A DNA stretch of 64,000 bases from an uncultured Actinomycetes bacterium (GCA_963775755.1 CAVZKB010000012.1:31868-95867), one strand, 5' to 3'; counted from the first letter of the stretch, positions 48,230 to 58,005 are shown. Made by a program: numbers and translations. Notes: generated from the sequence alone by a model not told the origin.

Positions 48230-48947
48230 ATGGCCGGACCCCTCGCCCTGGTGGGCGGCGACGAGCTGAACCCCGGCAACGAGGCGCAGGACGCGTTGCT
48301 CGCCGCCGCCGCGGGAGACGGACCCGCGTACGTCGTGGCGACGGCGGCGGCGCGGCATCGGCCGGAGCTCGCCGTCGCGCACGCCCGCGAGTGGTTCGCT
48401 CGATTCGGCTTGGACGTCGTCGAGCTCCCGGTCCGGAACCGGACGCAGGCGAGATCGTCGGAGACCGCGGCGCTCGCCGCACGGGGGCGGTTCTTCTATC
48501 TCGTGGGCGGCGACCCCGGCATCGTCGCGGATGTGTTGCGGGACTCGCCCGTGTGGCAGGCCATCGTCGCGGCGTGGCGCTCCGGCGCGGCGCTCGCCGG
48601 ATCGTCCGCCGGCGCGATGGCCATGGGGCAGTGGACGCTGATCCGCGGGAGGTACCCCGGAGATCACCGGCGTCGCTATCGCGAGGCGCTCGGGCTGGTG
48701 CCCGGGATCGCGGTGCTCCCGCACTTCGCGACGTTCGGTCGGGAGTGGGTGACGTCGGCGCTCGAGGGACGGCCATCCGACGACGTCATGCTGCTGGGGA
48801 TCGACGAGCGGACCGCCGCCGTGTGGTCGGACGACGACTGGCGGGTGATGGGAGACGGCGAGGTCACGGTCGTCACGACGGCAGGGGAACGCGCCTTCCG
48901 GATCGGGCGAGACGATCGACGGCCTCCCCGCAGTCGTCGCGGGCTGA
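48230..48947 (+). CDS. Peptidase S51 (cyanophycinase/peptidase E-like); probable +1 indel at about 48899
   Basis: LVGGDE, GGDP, AGSSAGA, PHF, GIDE. Removing one base gives …FGSGETIDGLPAVVAG* ending before yihY. Confidence 0.8.
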
Positions 48948-48962
48948 TCGGCGTGGGCTCGG

Positions 48963-49925
48963 CTATGCAGCGGGCTGGCCGACCGCGACCCGACTCCCGG
49001 TGTCGGCGTCCGTTCGGTCGTTCCGAGGAGACGATCCGCCTGCCCGCACGGCCTCGAGCTGCGCGGCGATCGCGCCGCCGAACAACACCGCGATCGATGA
49101 CGCCAAGGCCCACAGGATCAAGGCGACGATGCCGGCGAGCGGCCCGTACGTCTGACCGAACGTCGAGCTCGCGTTGAAGAACTGGGCCAGCAACGCCGTA
49201 ACGATCACCCACAGGCCGACGGAGATGGTCGCGCCGAACGCCAGCCAAGTCCAACCGGGCTGATGCCGCCGCGGGCACAGCCGGAACATCGCCGTGATCG
49301 CGACCGCCAGCAACAGGATGGCAACGGGCCATCTCACGGCGGTCCACACCCGGACCGCGAGATCGCTGTCGAGGGACCGGGCGATCTGTCCGCCGAACGC
49401 GATGGCGGTGAAGGCGGCGGCCACGAGCAAGCCCGCGCTCACGGCGAGGAGGAGGGCCCGGCCGTACTTCCGGAGCGTGGGCCGGTCTCGCTCGATCCCG
49501 TAGATCCGGTTGAGCCCACGTTCGATCTGCCCCATGAGCGTCGTGCCGGAGATGAGCGCCCCGACGAGCCCGATCATCAATGCGAGGTAGCGATGCGAGG
49601 CGCCGGCTCGATGCGCTTGGTCGACCGCTTCGGTGAGAACGCTTCCCGCCGGACCGGGAGCGGCCGCTTTCAACGTTCGGACGATGAGATCGCTCGTTCC
49701 CCCCCGATGCATGGCGCTCGCCAGACCGACGAGGGCGATGACGCCCTGCACCAGCACCAACTCGGCGATGAACGCGAGGGAGCGCGCGTGGCTGAACCCA
49801 TCCGCAGCCCGGAACCGTCCGGATGCATCCTTGACCAGACGCCACCGACCCGTCCGCGAGAGCGTCTTCCACGCATCGTCGCCACTCACGCTCCAGGTTT
49901 CCGGAACCTGGTTCGCGGTGCTCAT
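48963..49925 (-). CDS. YihY/virulence factor BrkB family membrane protein
   Basis: GLNRIYGI…DRP, TYGPLAG, LFGGAI; multiple TM helices. Confidence 0.88.
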   Translation of the reverse strand: MSTANQVPETWSVSGDDAWKTLSRTGRWRLVKDASGRFRAADGFSHARSLAFIAELVLVQGVIALVGLASAMHRGGTSDLIVRTLKAAAPGPAGSVLTEAVDQAHRAGASHRYLALMIGLVGALISGTTLMGQIERGLNRIYGIERDRPTLRKYGRALLLAVSAGLLVAAAFTAIAFGGQIARSLDSDLAVRVWTAVRWPVAILLLAVAITAMFRLCPRRHQPGWTWLAFGATISVGLWVIVTALLAQFFNASSTFGQTYGPLAGIVALILWALASSIAVLFGGAIAAQLEAVRAGGSSPRNDRTDADTGSRVAVGQPAA

Positions 49926-50809
49926 TCGACCTCCCCTTCCGGGACGCAGACGGTGATAGCGAGGGCGTCGATGTCCACCCGGAATCGTTTCCGGGGCTTC
50001 CGCTCACCGCCGTCGAGCTCATATGCCGTCTTGCGGTCAAGTCGGATGTCGAACGAGCGTCCGCGGGTCGTCTCGACGAACGGGGAGCGCTCCGGCTGTC
50101 CCAACGCGGTTCGTCCCGCGATCCGCGCCCACTCCGTGAAGCTGTTGGCCGTCACCACACCGATCTCCAGCCACCCGTCGTCAGGTCTGGCCCCGCTGAA
50201 GGCGGTGATCCCGCCCAGGATCTTGCCGACGTTGCCGAACAACACGCACGTGGTCTTGCCCTTCGACCACTTCTTCCCGTCGACGCGGACCTGGGCGCGA
50301 ACCCGCGTGGCTCGGATGTGCTTCGCACCGGCAACCAGGTAGGCGAATCGGCCGAAGTGATCCTTCACAGCCCGGCCGGCGTCGCGGATCATCAAGGCGT
50401 CGAGTCCCACGCCCGCCATGACGGCGAAGCGCTCGCCGTTGATCACCCCGAGGTCCAGTGGGCGCCGGGCGCCGTGAAGTCCCACGCGGACGGCCCCCTG
50501 GATATCCTTCGGGATACCGAGGTTGGTCGCGAGCAGGTTCGCGGTGCCGGCGGGCAGGATCGCGACCTCGACACCCGATCCCGCGACGGCATCCACGCAT
50601 CGTTGCACCGAGCCATCTCCTCCCCACACAAAGATGAGGTCGGCTCCGTCCTCGAGAGCGGCGCGAGCACACATCCCCACCTGTTTGCTCTTCGAGACCT
50701 CGCGCCACCAGGGATCGGTCACACCCTCGTCGGAGAGGATCCGGCGGAGCTCGGGCAAGCCGCCCTGCAGCTCCTTCTTCGCGTGCGCGATTACTGCGAC
50801 GGAGGTCAT
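49922..50809 (-). CDS. Diacylglycerol/lipid kinase family protein
   Basis: GGDGSV, LPAGTANLLA, MAGVGLDA, ELDGG. Confidence 0.92.
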   Translation of the reverse strand: MTSVAVIAHAKKELQGGLPELRRILSDEGVTDPWWREVSKSKQVGMCARAALEDGADLIFVWGGDGSVQRCVDAVAGSGVEVAILPAGTANLLATNLGIPKDIQGAVRVGLHGARRPLDLGVINGERFAVMAGVGLDALMIRDAGRAVKDHFGRFAYLVAGAKHIRATRVRAQVRVDGKKWSKGKTTCVLFGNVGKILGGITAFSGARPDDGWLEIGVVTANSFTEWARIAGRTALGQPERSPFVETTRGRSFDIRLDRKTAYELDGGERKPRKRFRVDIDALAITVCVPEGEVE

Positions 50810-51567
50810 CGTCCCACCTGTGCCATCGACCCTGTCGGCTCCGCCTTGATCGCGCCTTCGAGATGCTCGTGTCGCCGCCTCCAGACAGATGCGGTGCAAG
50901 CGACGACCACCCACGCGATCCACAGGGCCATGGCCCCGAGGAGGACGCTGCCGAGGATGTCGGTGGCGTGATGCATCCCGCGATAGACACGCGACAGTCC
51001 GACGAACACCGGGACGATCACCGCGATCGCCCAGAGGAGCATGCGGAACACCCGGTTGCGGACGTGTGGATCGACCAGCATGGCTAAGCCGATGTAGAGC
51101 GCGATGGCGGCCGCGGTGTGTCCGGATGGGAAGCTCTTCGTCGGAGGCACGACGTCGAGTCGGACGACCTGTGGACGCGGACGGTCGACGACGATCGACG
51201 ACGTGAAGGCCACGGAAGCCTCGAGCGTCACGGCCAAGACCAGGAACGACACATCTCTCCACCGACGCACCAGGGCCAGAACGACAACCGCCAGGAGTTC
51301 CACGCCGACGATCACCTCGGTCATCCCGAGCCCGGAGCCGTACACGGTCGCAGTATCAAGCGTGCTCGTTCGTCGAGCGACGAACCATCGCGACACATGG
51401 GCGTCCCATCGTCCGATCGGTCCGCTGAATGGCCCGCTCGTGATGAACGATCCGAGCGCGATCAGTGTGGCTACGGTGACGACGAAGGCCAGGAGCACCA
51501 GCAGCGCCGCAACGACCGCCGGTCGGTGGTGTCGGAACCGTTCTCCGAAACGATCGCTGATCGTCAT
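50806..51567 (-). CDS. PAP2 family phosphatase
   Basis: RP, SFPSGH, SRVYRGMHHATD. Confidence 0.9.
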   Translation of the reverse strand: MTISDRFGERFRHHRPAVVAALLVLLAFVVTVATLIALGSFITSGPFSGPIGRWDAHVSRWFVARRTSTLDTATVYGSGLGMTEVIVGVELLAVVVLALVRRWRDVSFLVLAVTLEASVAFTSSIVVDRPRPQVVRLDVVPPTKSFPSGHTAAAIALYIGLAMLVDPHVRNRVFRMLLWAIAVIVPVFVGLSRVYRGMHHATDILGSVLLGAMALWIAWVVVACTASVWRRRHEHLEGAIKAEPTGSMAQVGR

Positions 51568-51642
51568 CACCGGAGGTTTCACCGAACCGTCCCTCGGTAA
51601 ACCTCGAGAGGAAGATTCTGCGGTCGACGTTTCGGAGAACGG

Positions 51643-52539
51643 ATGCTGGTCCTGATCGTCGTCTTCATCAGCGCTTCCGCCGGGATCGCGGCCGCGTCGA
51701 TCGCTCGTCGATGGCCGGCTGCGGATCCCTCGGCGGCGGCGGCGCGTGCGATCGCTCGAGGGACCGCACACCACGGTCGAGTTGCTCGGTTCCTGCGTCC
51801 CCGAATGGATCCCGCCGCGGCGAGCGGACTCGCCCTGACCTTCACGCTCGCCTTCGTGGTGGCGGCGGGGACGGTCGTCGGCATCCTGGCTTATCTCCTG
51901 CGAACCGACCCGGGACTCGCGGCCGCGGACCTCCGCGTGGCGCTGTGGGGTGCCGGGCACGCGACCTCGTTCTCAACCTCGGTGTTCCGTGCCGTCACGC
52001 AGCTGGGTGCCACGCTCACGGTCGTCGCGGTGGGATCGGTCGTCGGCGGAGCGGCGGCGCTTCGATCTCGCCGAGCGGCACCCGTCTTCTTCATCGCGCT
52101 CGTCCTCGCGGGAAACTCTGCGATCGTCAACATCATCAAGGTGCTCGTCGATCGCGCCCGTCCGAACGTGTCCGTGCTCACCGGCTTCACCGGTCGATCG
52201 TTCCCAAGCGGCCATTCGGCCGCGGCCGCCGCGTGTTACGGCGCCGTGGCGCTCGTGATGAGCATGCGGTGGTCGCCGCCGCGTCGAGCGATCGCGTTCG
52301 GTGGCGCGGCTGCGATCGCGGTCAACGTTGCGTGCTCTCGCGTGTTCCTGGGGGTCCATTGGCTCTCCGACGTCATCGCCGGGCTCGCGATCGGTTGGGC
52401 ATGGCTTGCGGCGTGCTCGATGGCGTTCGGTGGTCGATGGCTCGAGTTCGGCGCTCCAGCCGACGCCGCGCTCACCCGCGCGCTTGCGTCCGAGGCAGCT
52501 CCGGCTCGTCAGTCGGCGCGAGGCTCTGAGCGTCGCTAA
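51643..52539 (+). CDS. PAP2 family phosphatase
   Basis: K…RARP, SFPSGH, SRVFLGVHWLSD. Confidence 0.9.
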   Translation: MLVLIVVFISASAGIAAASIARRWPAADPSAAAARAIARGTAHHGRVARFLRPRMDPAAASGLALTFTLAFVVAAGTVVGILAYLLRTDPGLAAADLRVALWGAGHATSFSTSVFRAVTQLGATLTVVAVGSVVGGAAALRSRRAAPVFFIALVLAGNSAIVNIIKVLVDRARPNVSVLTGFTGRSFPSGHSAAAAACYGAVALVMSMRWSPPRRAIAFGGAAAIAVNVACSRVFLGVHWLSDVIAGLAIGWAWLAACSMAFGGRWLEFGAPADAALTRALASEAAPARQSARGSERR

Positions 52540-54143
52540 TACGTGTGGCGCCGTTTCATCGACCACGACCGACCGTCCGGATCGACGATCGATCGATAGA
52601 GCGGACGCGCCCATGCCATCTCCCACCAGCGGACCGCTGGAAGGCGGTGCGTGCGGAGTCGTCCCCGCGGCCTCGGTCCCCTGCGCGCGTCGCCGTGCCA
52701 GGCATCGAGCTCGCCGGCGGACGCGCGGGCCAGATCGAACGCTCTGACCGGGTCGGCGAGCTCGTCGTTCGGTTCGATCCCGAGGTGCTCTGCCAGCAAC
52801 GTTATCCGGAGGTCTCGAGCGAACTTCCTCGCGCCGTCGCCGAGCCCTGCCGGGTCCGTGGGTTCTCGACGATCGTGATCGGCGTCGAGGACGGCGATCG
52901 AGAGCTCCGAGTCATGCGTCCACGACCGGCGATTCAAGTTGTCCGATCCGACCGCGGCCCAGACGTCATCGACGACTACGGTCTTGGCGTGAACGTAGAT
53001 CGGCGTACCGGCCTCACCCTCGAGGTCGTAGATCGCGAATCGATCGCCCCCTGCCGCCTGCAGGCGGTCGACGAGCTCCAACTGAGCGAGCCGGTGCGGG
53101 GGCCCCGAGATCGGACCGTTCCGGTCGGGGACACGCGGGACGATCACCATGACACGGAGGTCGGGCGAGCGCCGGAGCGCTCCCGCGAACAGTTGCGCCA
53201 CCTCGCGCGACCACAGGTACTGGTCCTCCACATAGATCAGGCACCGCGCGCGCGAGAACGCTCGCCGGTACGCGCGCATGATGCTGCGCTCCCCGCGAGG
53301 GGCGAATGGGTACGGGGGGCGTTTGAACGGATACGTCCGAAGGACCTGGATCGCGTGGGAGCCGACCGGGGCCGGGTCGGCCGGCTGTGGGCCGAGTCGG
53401 TCGCGGCGGTCGGGCTGTTCCGCGAATCGTGAGATCAGCGCTCGCCACGGTGTTCGCCGATCTGCGAGCGGCGTGGGATCGTTCCACCGCTCCCGGAACG
53501 TGTGGTCGAGATCTCCGATCGCCGGACCGGCGACCGAGACTTGGACGTCGTGCCACGCGGGTCTCGCGCCGTACGCGGGGTCGAGGTCCTCCGTTTGCGG
53601 GTCGCCGCGGTGCCGTGCGTCGTCTCGTCGGCCGTGACATAGATCGATCCCCCCGACGAACGCAAGGTCCCCTCGATCTGGCGACGAGTGCCGCAACAGG
53701 ACCAACTTCTGGTGATGGGATCCGGCGGGACGCACCCGCTGGTCGAGCAGCACCAATCCGCCCGTGTCGTTCACTCGCTTCGCGAGTTCGATGTGGTGCT
53801 CCATGTGGAAGCCGGTGACCTTGGGATGGGACCGCCATACCAGGCCCCTGATCGCGACGCCTCGCTCGGCAAGCTCCTCGAGCACAGTGGCGAACTTCAC
53901 GCCATCGACGAGGTACTCGTCGGGGTCGCCGCGCCAATCGGTGAAGTGCAATCCGTCCCCCGCCTGAAGCGCGCAGAGAGCTCGGTGGAGCCGCTCGAAA
54001 TAGGGACGGCCATGGACCAAGAGTTCGACATGGTTGCCGGTCGTGTACGCGAGACCGCTCGCATGTCGCCGGTCGATCTCGGTCGCGGGGTTCCCTCGTT
54101 CGTCGGGACCGAGGAACCATCGTTCGATCACGTCGTCCGGCAC
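52536..54143 (-). CDS. Phospholipase D family protein
   Basis: SHHQK, GGIDLC, WHDVQ, YVEDQY, YVHAKTVVVDD, GSDNLNRRS. Confidence 0.92.
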   Translation of the reverse strand: MPDDVIERWFLGPDERGNPATEIDRRHASGLAYTTGNHVELLVHGRPYFERLHRALCALQAGDGLHFTDWRGDPDEYLVDGVKFATVLEELAERGVAIRGLVWRSHPKVTGFHMEHHIELAKRVNDTGGLVLLDQRVRPAGSHHQKLVLLRHSSPDRGDLAFVGGIDLCHGRRDDARHRGDPQTEDLDPAYGARPAWHDVQVSVAGPAIGDLDHTFRERWNDPTPLADRRTPWRALISRFAEQPDRRDRLGPQPADPAPVGSHAIQVLRTYPFKRPPYPFAPRGERSIMRAYRRAFSRARCLIYVEDQYLWSREVAQLFAGALRRSPDLRVMVIVPRVPDRNGPISGPPHRLAQLELVDRLQAAGGDRFAIYDLEGEAGTPIYVHAKTVVVDDVWAAVGSDNLNRRSWTHDSELSIAVLDADHDRREPTDPAGLGDGARKFARDLRITLLAEHLGIEPNDELADPVRAFDLARASAGELDAWHGDARRGPRPRGRLRTHRLPAVRWWEMAWARPLYRSIVDPDGRSWSMKRRHTY

Positions 54144-54167
54144 CGCCGAAGCCTCCCTTCGGTCCTG

Positions 54168-54512
54168 TCAGGCCGTGGGGGCGCGAGCGGCGTCCCCCGC
54201 GCCCGGACTGGCGTTCACTTCCGTCTCCTGGACGATCCGTCGCACCACGTCTTCGGCGACGTCCTCCTGGTCGCGCTTCTCAGCTTCTTCCGTTTGCGCG
54301 ACCTCGACCCGAGCCGCCTGCCAGGCGGACCAATGACCCGACACGAGCGCCCAGAGCGATAAGGCGGCGACGTACGTGACGCTGTTGATCCACCCGGTGA
54401 CGATCGAGAACGGGATCATGACGATCCAGAAGATCGTCAACCAGCCATTCACCCTCCGCATGAACACCGGATCGCCCTGGATGGCCGCCCACAACGACTT
54501 GATGGCGCTCAT
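54168..54512 (-). CDS. Small membrane protein
   Basis: Two hydrophobic segments, GHWSAWQAAR; GGAGG RBS; SigB-type promoter at 54623-54648. Confidence 0.75.
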   Translation of the reverse strand: MSAIKSLWAAIQGDPVFMRRVNGWLTIFWIVMIPFSIVTGWINSVTYVAALSLWALVSGHWSAWQAARVEVAQTEEAEKRDQEDVAEDVVRRIVQETEVNASPGAGDAARAPTA

Positions 54513-54700
54513 CGAGCACCTCCGTTCTCTGGCGAGGGCGAGCCGTCTCCTGCTCGACGCGACCCCCGCGCGCCCTGCGTTCTCGGAACCAGAACGCGCG
54601 AGGGGCTTCGCGCGAGATCCGTGTTCCCCCCGGAGCTCGGAACGAAACACCGCTCGGCCGCCTCTTCCATCGCGGCGGGCGGAGCCGTCCGTACCACCTG

Positions 54701-54850
54701 TCAGTCCTCTGCCGGATCCGTCGGGAGCACGTCGTCCTCATGCACCTCCATCAGGTGTTCGGACAACGCCAGCTGCGTGTCGAACACCTGCCCACAGACG
54801 TGACAGACTCCGATCTCCGGGTCGCCTCGCTGTTCGTCTCGTTCGCTCAT
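54701..54850 (-). CDS. 49-aa C2H2 zinc-finger microprotein
   Basis: MSERDEQRGDPEIGVCHVCGQVFDTQLALSEHLMEVHEDDVLPTDPAED; GGAGGAG RBS. Confidence 0.8.
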   Translation of the reverse strand: MSERDEQRGDPEIGVCHVCGQVFDTQLALSEHLMEVHEDDVLPTDPAED

Positions 54851-54977
54851 CTGCTACTCCTCCATCGACGGTTGTCGTGCAGCGTCGTTACCCATCCCGA
54901 TGGTGGCTACACGCCCGCTCGTGTTTGGCGATCGCCGGTGTGGGTACCGGCGGGGTACAGACAAGGAGGAGAGTCGG

Positions 54978-55070
54978 ATGCTTGCAGCCATCGGTTTGGG
55001 ATTGATCGGAACGATCCTGCTTATCGTGCTGGTGATCGCGGCGATCATGTTCTTCCTGCGGAGGGCGTAG
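54978..55070 (+). CDS. 30-aa single-TM microprotein
   Basis: MLAAIGLGLIGTILLIVLVIAAIMFFLRRA; AAGGAGG RBS; GTTT-N15-GGGTAC promoter. Confidence 0.75.
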   Translation: MLAAIGLGLIGTILLIVLVIAAIMFFLRRA

Positions 55071-55130
55071 TGGCGGACATTCAGGCCACCAGATGGATGC
55101 TCGGAAGAAGCAGCTCTCGGCGGAGGGGCG

Positions 55131-55372
55131 ATGACGCTGCTGCACTGTCTCGCGTGCGATGACCTTCGTGCCTGACGGAAGGGACGGGAGAGGGGCGATG
55201 CGCCTGCGGCCACTCGAGCGCGGAACTCACGCACGGCACCGTGATCGTGCACGGTCCCTGCCGCGTGGTCTGGGTGGATGACTCGCAGGTCGTTGCGACC
55301 GTCGTCGGTTCGCCCGAGTGGCCGGGCAGGGCACCCGACGTCGTGCGTAAGCTTGTGCCACCGCTGATGTGA
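55131..55372 (+). pseudogene. Small CxxC…CxC Zn-ribbon-like protein with a -1 frameshift at about 55172
   Basis: GGAGG RBS; adding one C yields MTLLHCLACDDLRALTEGTGEGRCACGHSS…PPLM*. Confidence 0.5.
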
Positions 55373-55435
55373 CGAGGCGCGCGCGCGGTCGGACTGCGCG
55401 CATCCGATGCACGCGCGACGTGAAGTCCACGCGTG

Positions 55436-55768
55436 CTACCGCTTCTCAGGGAGTGCTCGTTCGAGCTCCCGCTTGTTCATCTTCGAACGTCCGCTGACTC
55501 CGGCCTCGCGGGCCTGGTTGTAGAGCTGCCGGTACGTCCGCCCGCCTTGCCGGGAATGGGATCGGAGCCCTGCTCGCCGCGGCGAGGAGATATCGCGAAC
55601 CGACGACCGGCTGGAAGTCTCTGCCTCTCCCGATCGGGCTCGCTCCTTGTTGACCGTCCTCGCCGCGATCTCCTCGGCACGGCCCTCAGGGATCCCTCGT
55701 TCCTCGTACCCCTCTCTGACATGCTCGTACTGCCGTTCGCGTTTCGCGCTCCATGCTCGTTGCGGCAT
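55436..55768 (-). CDS. Small basic stress protein ('plasmid stabilization protein'-like, Rho-N-type C-terminus)
   Basis: KRERQYEHV, EEIAARTVNKERA, LYNQAR…GRSKMNKREL. Confidence 0.85.
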   Translation of the reverse strand: MPQRAWSAKRERQYEHVREGYEERGIPEGRAEEIAARTVNKERARSGEAETSSRSSVRDISSPRRAGLRSHSRQGGRTYRQLYNQAREAGVSGRSKMNKRELERALPEKR

Positions 55769-55853
55769 CCCTGGACCTCCTTCGCTGATGGCCCACCATG
55801 CGCGACGGGCCGGGTCTTCGAGGGAAAGACCCGGCCCGTCGACGTTCCGTGGG

Positions 55854-56060
55854 CTATCTCGTTGCGTCCTCGACGCCCTTCTTCACGTCTGCTGCCGCGT
55901 CCTTCACCTTGCCGGCGGCCTTCTCGGCTCCACCCTTCACCTGATCGCGCCGACCTTCGGCCTCGAGGTCGCGGTCGTTCGACGCCTTCCCCGCCGCTTC
56001 CTTCACCTTGCCCTTGGCCTTGTCCCACGTGCCCTCTGTGCGATCGCGTTCGCCTGCCAT
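55854..56060 (-). CDS. csbD: CsbD family general stress protein
   Basis: DKAKGKVKEAAG…LEAEGRRDQVKG; GGAGGAGG RBS. Confidence 0.9.
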   Translation of the reverse strand: MAGERDRTEGTWDKAKGKVKEAAGKASNDRDLEAEGRRDQVKGGAEKAAGKVKDAAADVKKGVEDATR

Positions 56061-56088
56061 GTGACCTCCTCCTGTCGTTGTTCCTTCG

Positions 56089-56147
56089 ATTCCCGGTGGA
56101 GCCCGATGCCAAACACCGCGCGTTTGAAGGTGGTATCCGACGGGTAC
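56089..56147. promoter_or_regulatory. Back-to-back SigB/SigF-type promoters (GTTT-N16-GGGAAT on minus; GTTT-N16-GGGTAC on plus)
   Basis: Match to the actinobacterial SigB/SigF consensus in front of csbD and the GPGG gene. Confidence 0.75.
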
Positions 56148-56191
56148 CTCGCCACTGGACGGGAAGGAACGACCTAAGAGGAGGAACGAGC

Positions 56192-56365
56192 ATGTTGGCA
56201 CTCTTCGCGATGACCGGAGCAACCGCGACGTTGTTGTGGGTCCTCGCGGCGATCCTCGTGATCGCCGGGATCATCGCCCTATTCCGTGGAGGCGTCCTCG
56301 CGGGCGTGGCCCTCATCGTCGTCGGGTGCCTGGTCGGCCCCGGCGGGGCGAGCATCTTCAAGTAG
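56192..56365 (+). CDS. GPGG-motif small membrane protein
   Basis: …LWVLAAILVIAGII…IVVGCLVGPGGASIFK. Confidence 0.85.
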   Translation: MLALFAMTGATATLLWVLAAILVIAGIIALFRGGVLAGVALIVVGCLVGPGGASIFK

Positions 56366-57189
56366 CGGTGCGTCGGGGGACCCGGGAGAGGATCGCTGGA
56401 CATCCCGCTCCTCTGCCCGGGTCTCTTCCGGCCCAGGTGCAGGCCCACCGCCGTCTCACGGAGCGACCCGAGCGTGTGCGACAAGATCCGGGAGACGTGC
56501 ATCTGTGACACCCCGATGTCTTCCGCGATCTCCGATTGCGTCTTCCCCGCGAAGAAGCGGAGATACAGGACGCGGCGTTCTCGGTCGGGAAGATCCTTGA
56601 TCGCCGGAGCGATCGCCGACCACCGCTCCACCAGCTCGAACGAGGGATCGATCCCTCCGACCGTCTCGATGGGGCCGCGTTCGCCTTCGCCGACAGGGGC
56701 ATCGAGCGACGCGGTGGAGTAGGCCTGTGCGGCATCCATCGCTTCGAGCACGTCCTCGGGCGTCGCCTCGAGCCGCTCGGCGAGCTCATGGATCGTCGGG
56801 GAGCGGCCCAGCTCCTGTGACAGCTGAGGGATGACCCGGTTCATCCGCAGACCCAACTCCTGCAACGGACGAGGCACCCGTATCGCCCAGGCCTTGTCGC
56901 GGAGGTGACGCTTCAGCTCGCCGAGGATCGTTGCCGCCGCGTACGTTGCGAAGCGAACCTCGCGGGTCGGATCGAATCGATCGATCGCACTCAGCAGGCC
57001 GATGTTCGCGACCTGGTTCAGATCCTCGATGGGCTCACCACGACCGGCGAAGCGCCGCGCGAAGTACTCCGCGAGCGGCTGGAACCTGACGACGAGCTCA
57101 TCCCGTGCCGTGGCGTCGTCCGGGATCCGCTCGAACAACCCCAGGACCTCGGACTCGTCGGCCTGGCGATCACCGAGCGGCATCGTCAT
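56358..57189 (-). CDS. SigB/SigF-family sigma factor (3' end uncertain: no in-frame stop until 55477)
   Basis: DLNQVANIGLLSAIDRFDP, TILGELKRHLRD, RSPTI.ELA, SLDAP, TQSEIAEDIGVSQMHVSR. Confidence 0.92.
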
Positions 57190-57590
57190 GCGGGTCGCGC
57201 ATCGAGCGTCCGCTTCGCGAACGTGATCGTCGGCGTCCCCCGGTCGGAACGAGCCATCTGGGCGCCGTCCGTAAGACCCGAGATAACCTGCCACGGAAGC
57301 GTTTCCTGGTAGCCGAAGGGAGGCCACAGCTCGATCGGCGCGTCCGTACCGATCGTCGCGGTGAGCGTGGCGTCCGTGGGATCGAGCCGCATCTCGATGC
57401 GGGAGGCGCCCCGGCTCGTCGTCAGGAGCAGGGCCACCGCCTCGTCCACCGCGAGCCGAAGATCGTCGATCGCGTCGAGCGGGAGCTGCATCCGTGTTGC
57501 GACGCCGCCGGTCACCGTCCGAAGCAGCGCGATGAACTCCGTGCGGGATGGCACGCTGATGAACACGGAGCGATCGTGAGGATCGGCCAC
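57186..57590 (-). CDS. Anti-sigma factor (RsbW/UsfX-like, degenerate GHKL)
   Basis: IDDLRLAVDEA; ATGA-coupled to the sigma gene. Confidence 0.8.
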   Translation of the reverse strand: MADPHDRSVFISVPSRTEFIALLRTVTGGVATRMQLPLDAIDDLRLAVDEAVALLLTTSRGASRIEMRLDPTDATLTATIGTDAPIELWPPFGYQETLPWQVISGLTDGAQMARSDRGTPTITFAKRTLDARPA

Positions 57591-57651
57591 GGCGGGTCCC
57601 TATACTAGCGATGCACGAACGGGCGACCCGCCTCGGTCCGGGGGAGACGAG

Positions 57652-58005
57652 ATGACGGAAGCAGACGAGATGGATCTGACGTTCGAAGACGTAACCGTCG
57701 GTGCGTGGAACGTGCTTTCCGTTGCGGGCGAGCTCGACATGCACACCTCACCCGCGCTCCAGGAGCGACTCGACGCGCTCAGCGTCGGAGACCCACCCAA
57801 GGTGGCCGTTGACCTTTCCGCCGTTCCGTTCATGGACTCCAGCAGCCTCGGGATATTCGTCTCGAACTTCAAACGGCTGCGGGAGCGCGGCGGAGATCTG
57901 GCCATCGTCGGGGTCGCCGGCTCGCCACAGAAAGTGCTCTCCATCACGGGGATCGACCGCGTGATCCCGATCTTCGACGACGCGACCGACCTCCCTCAAG
58001 ACTGA
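57652..58005 (+). CDS. STAS anti-anti-sigma factor (RsbV-like)
   Basis: GELDMHTSP, DLSAVPFMDSSSLG, LSITGID. Confidence 0.92.
   Translation: MTEADEMDLTFEDVTVGAWNVLSVAGELDMHTSPALQERLDALSVGDPPKVAVDLSAVPFMDSSSLGIFVSNFKRLRERGGDLAIVGVAGSPQKVLSITGIDRVIPIFDDATDLPQD

Noticed and set aside
55173-55175. TGA as selenocysteine
   Set aside because: In-frame read-through gives implausible sequence; the adjacent frame gives the sensible continuation.
55477-57744. 755-aa ORF as a real giant sigma fusion
   Set aside because: The extensions overlap well-supported genes in other frames or strands; only about 56450-57189 is sigma-like.
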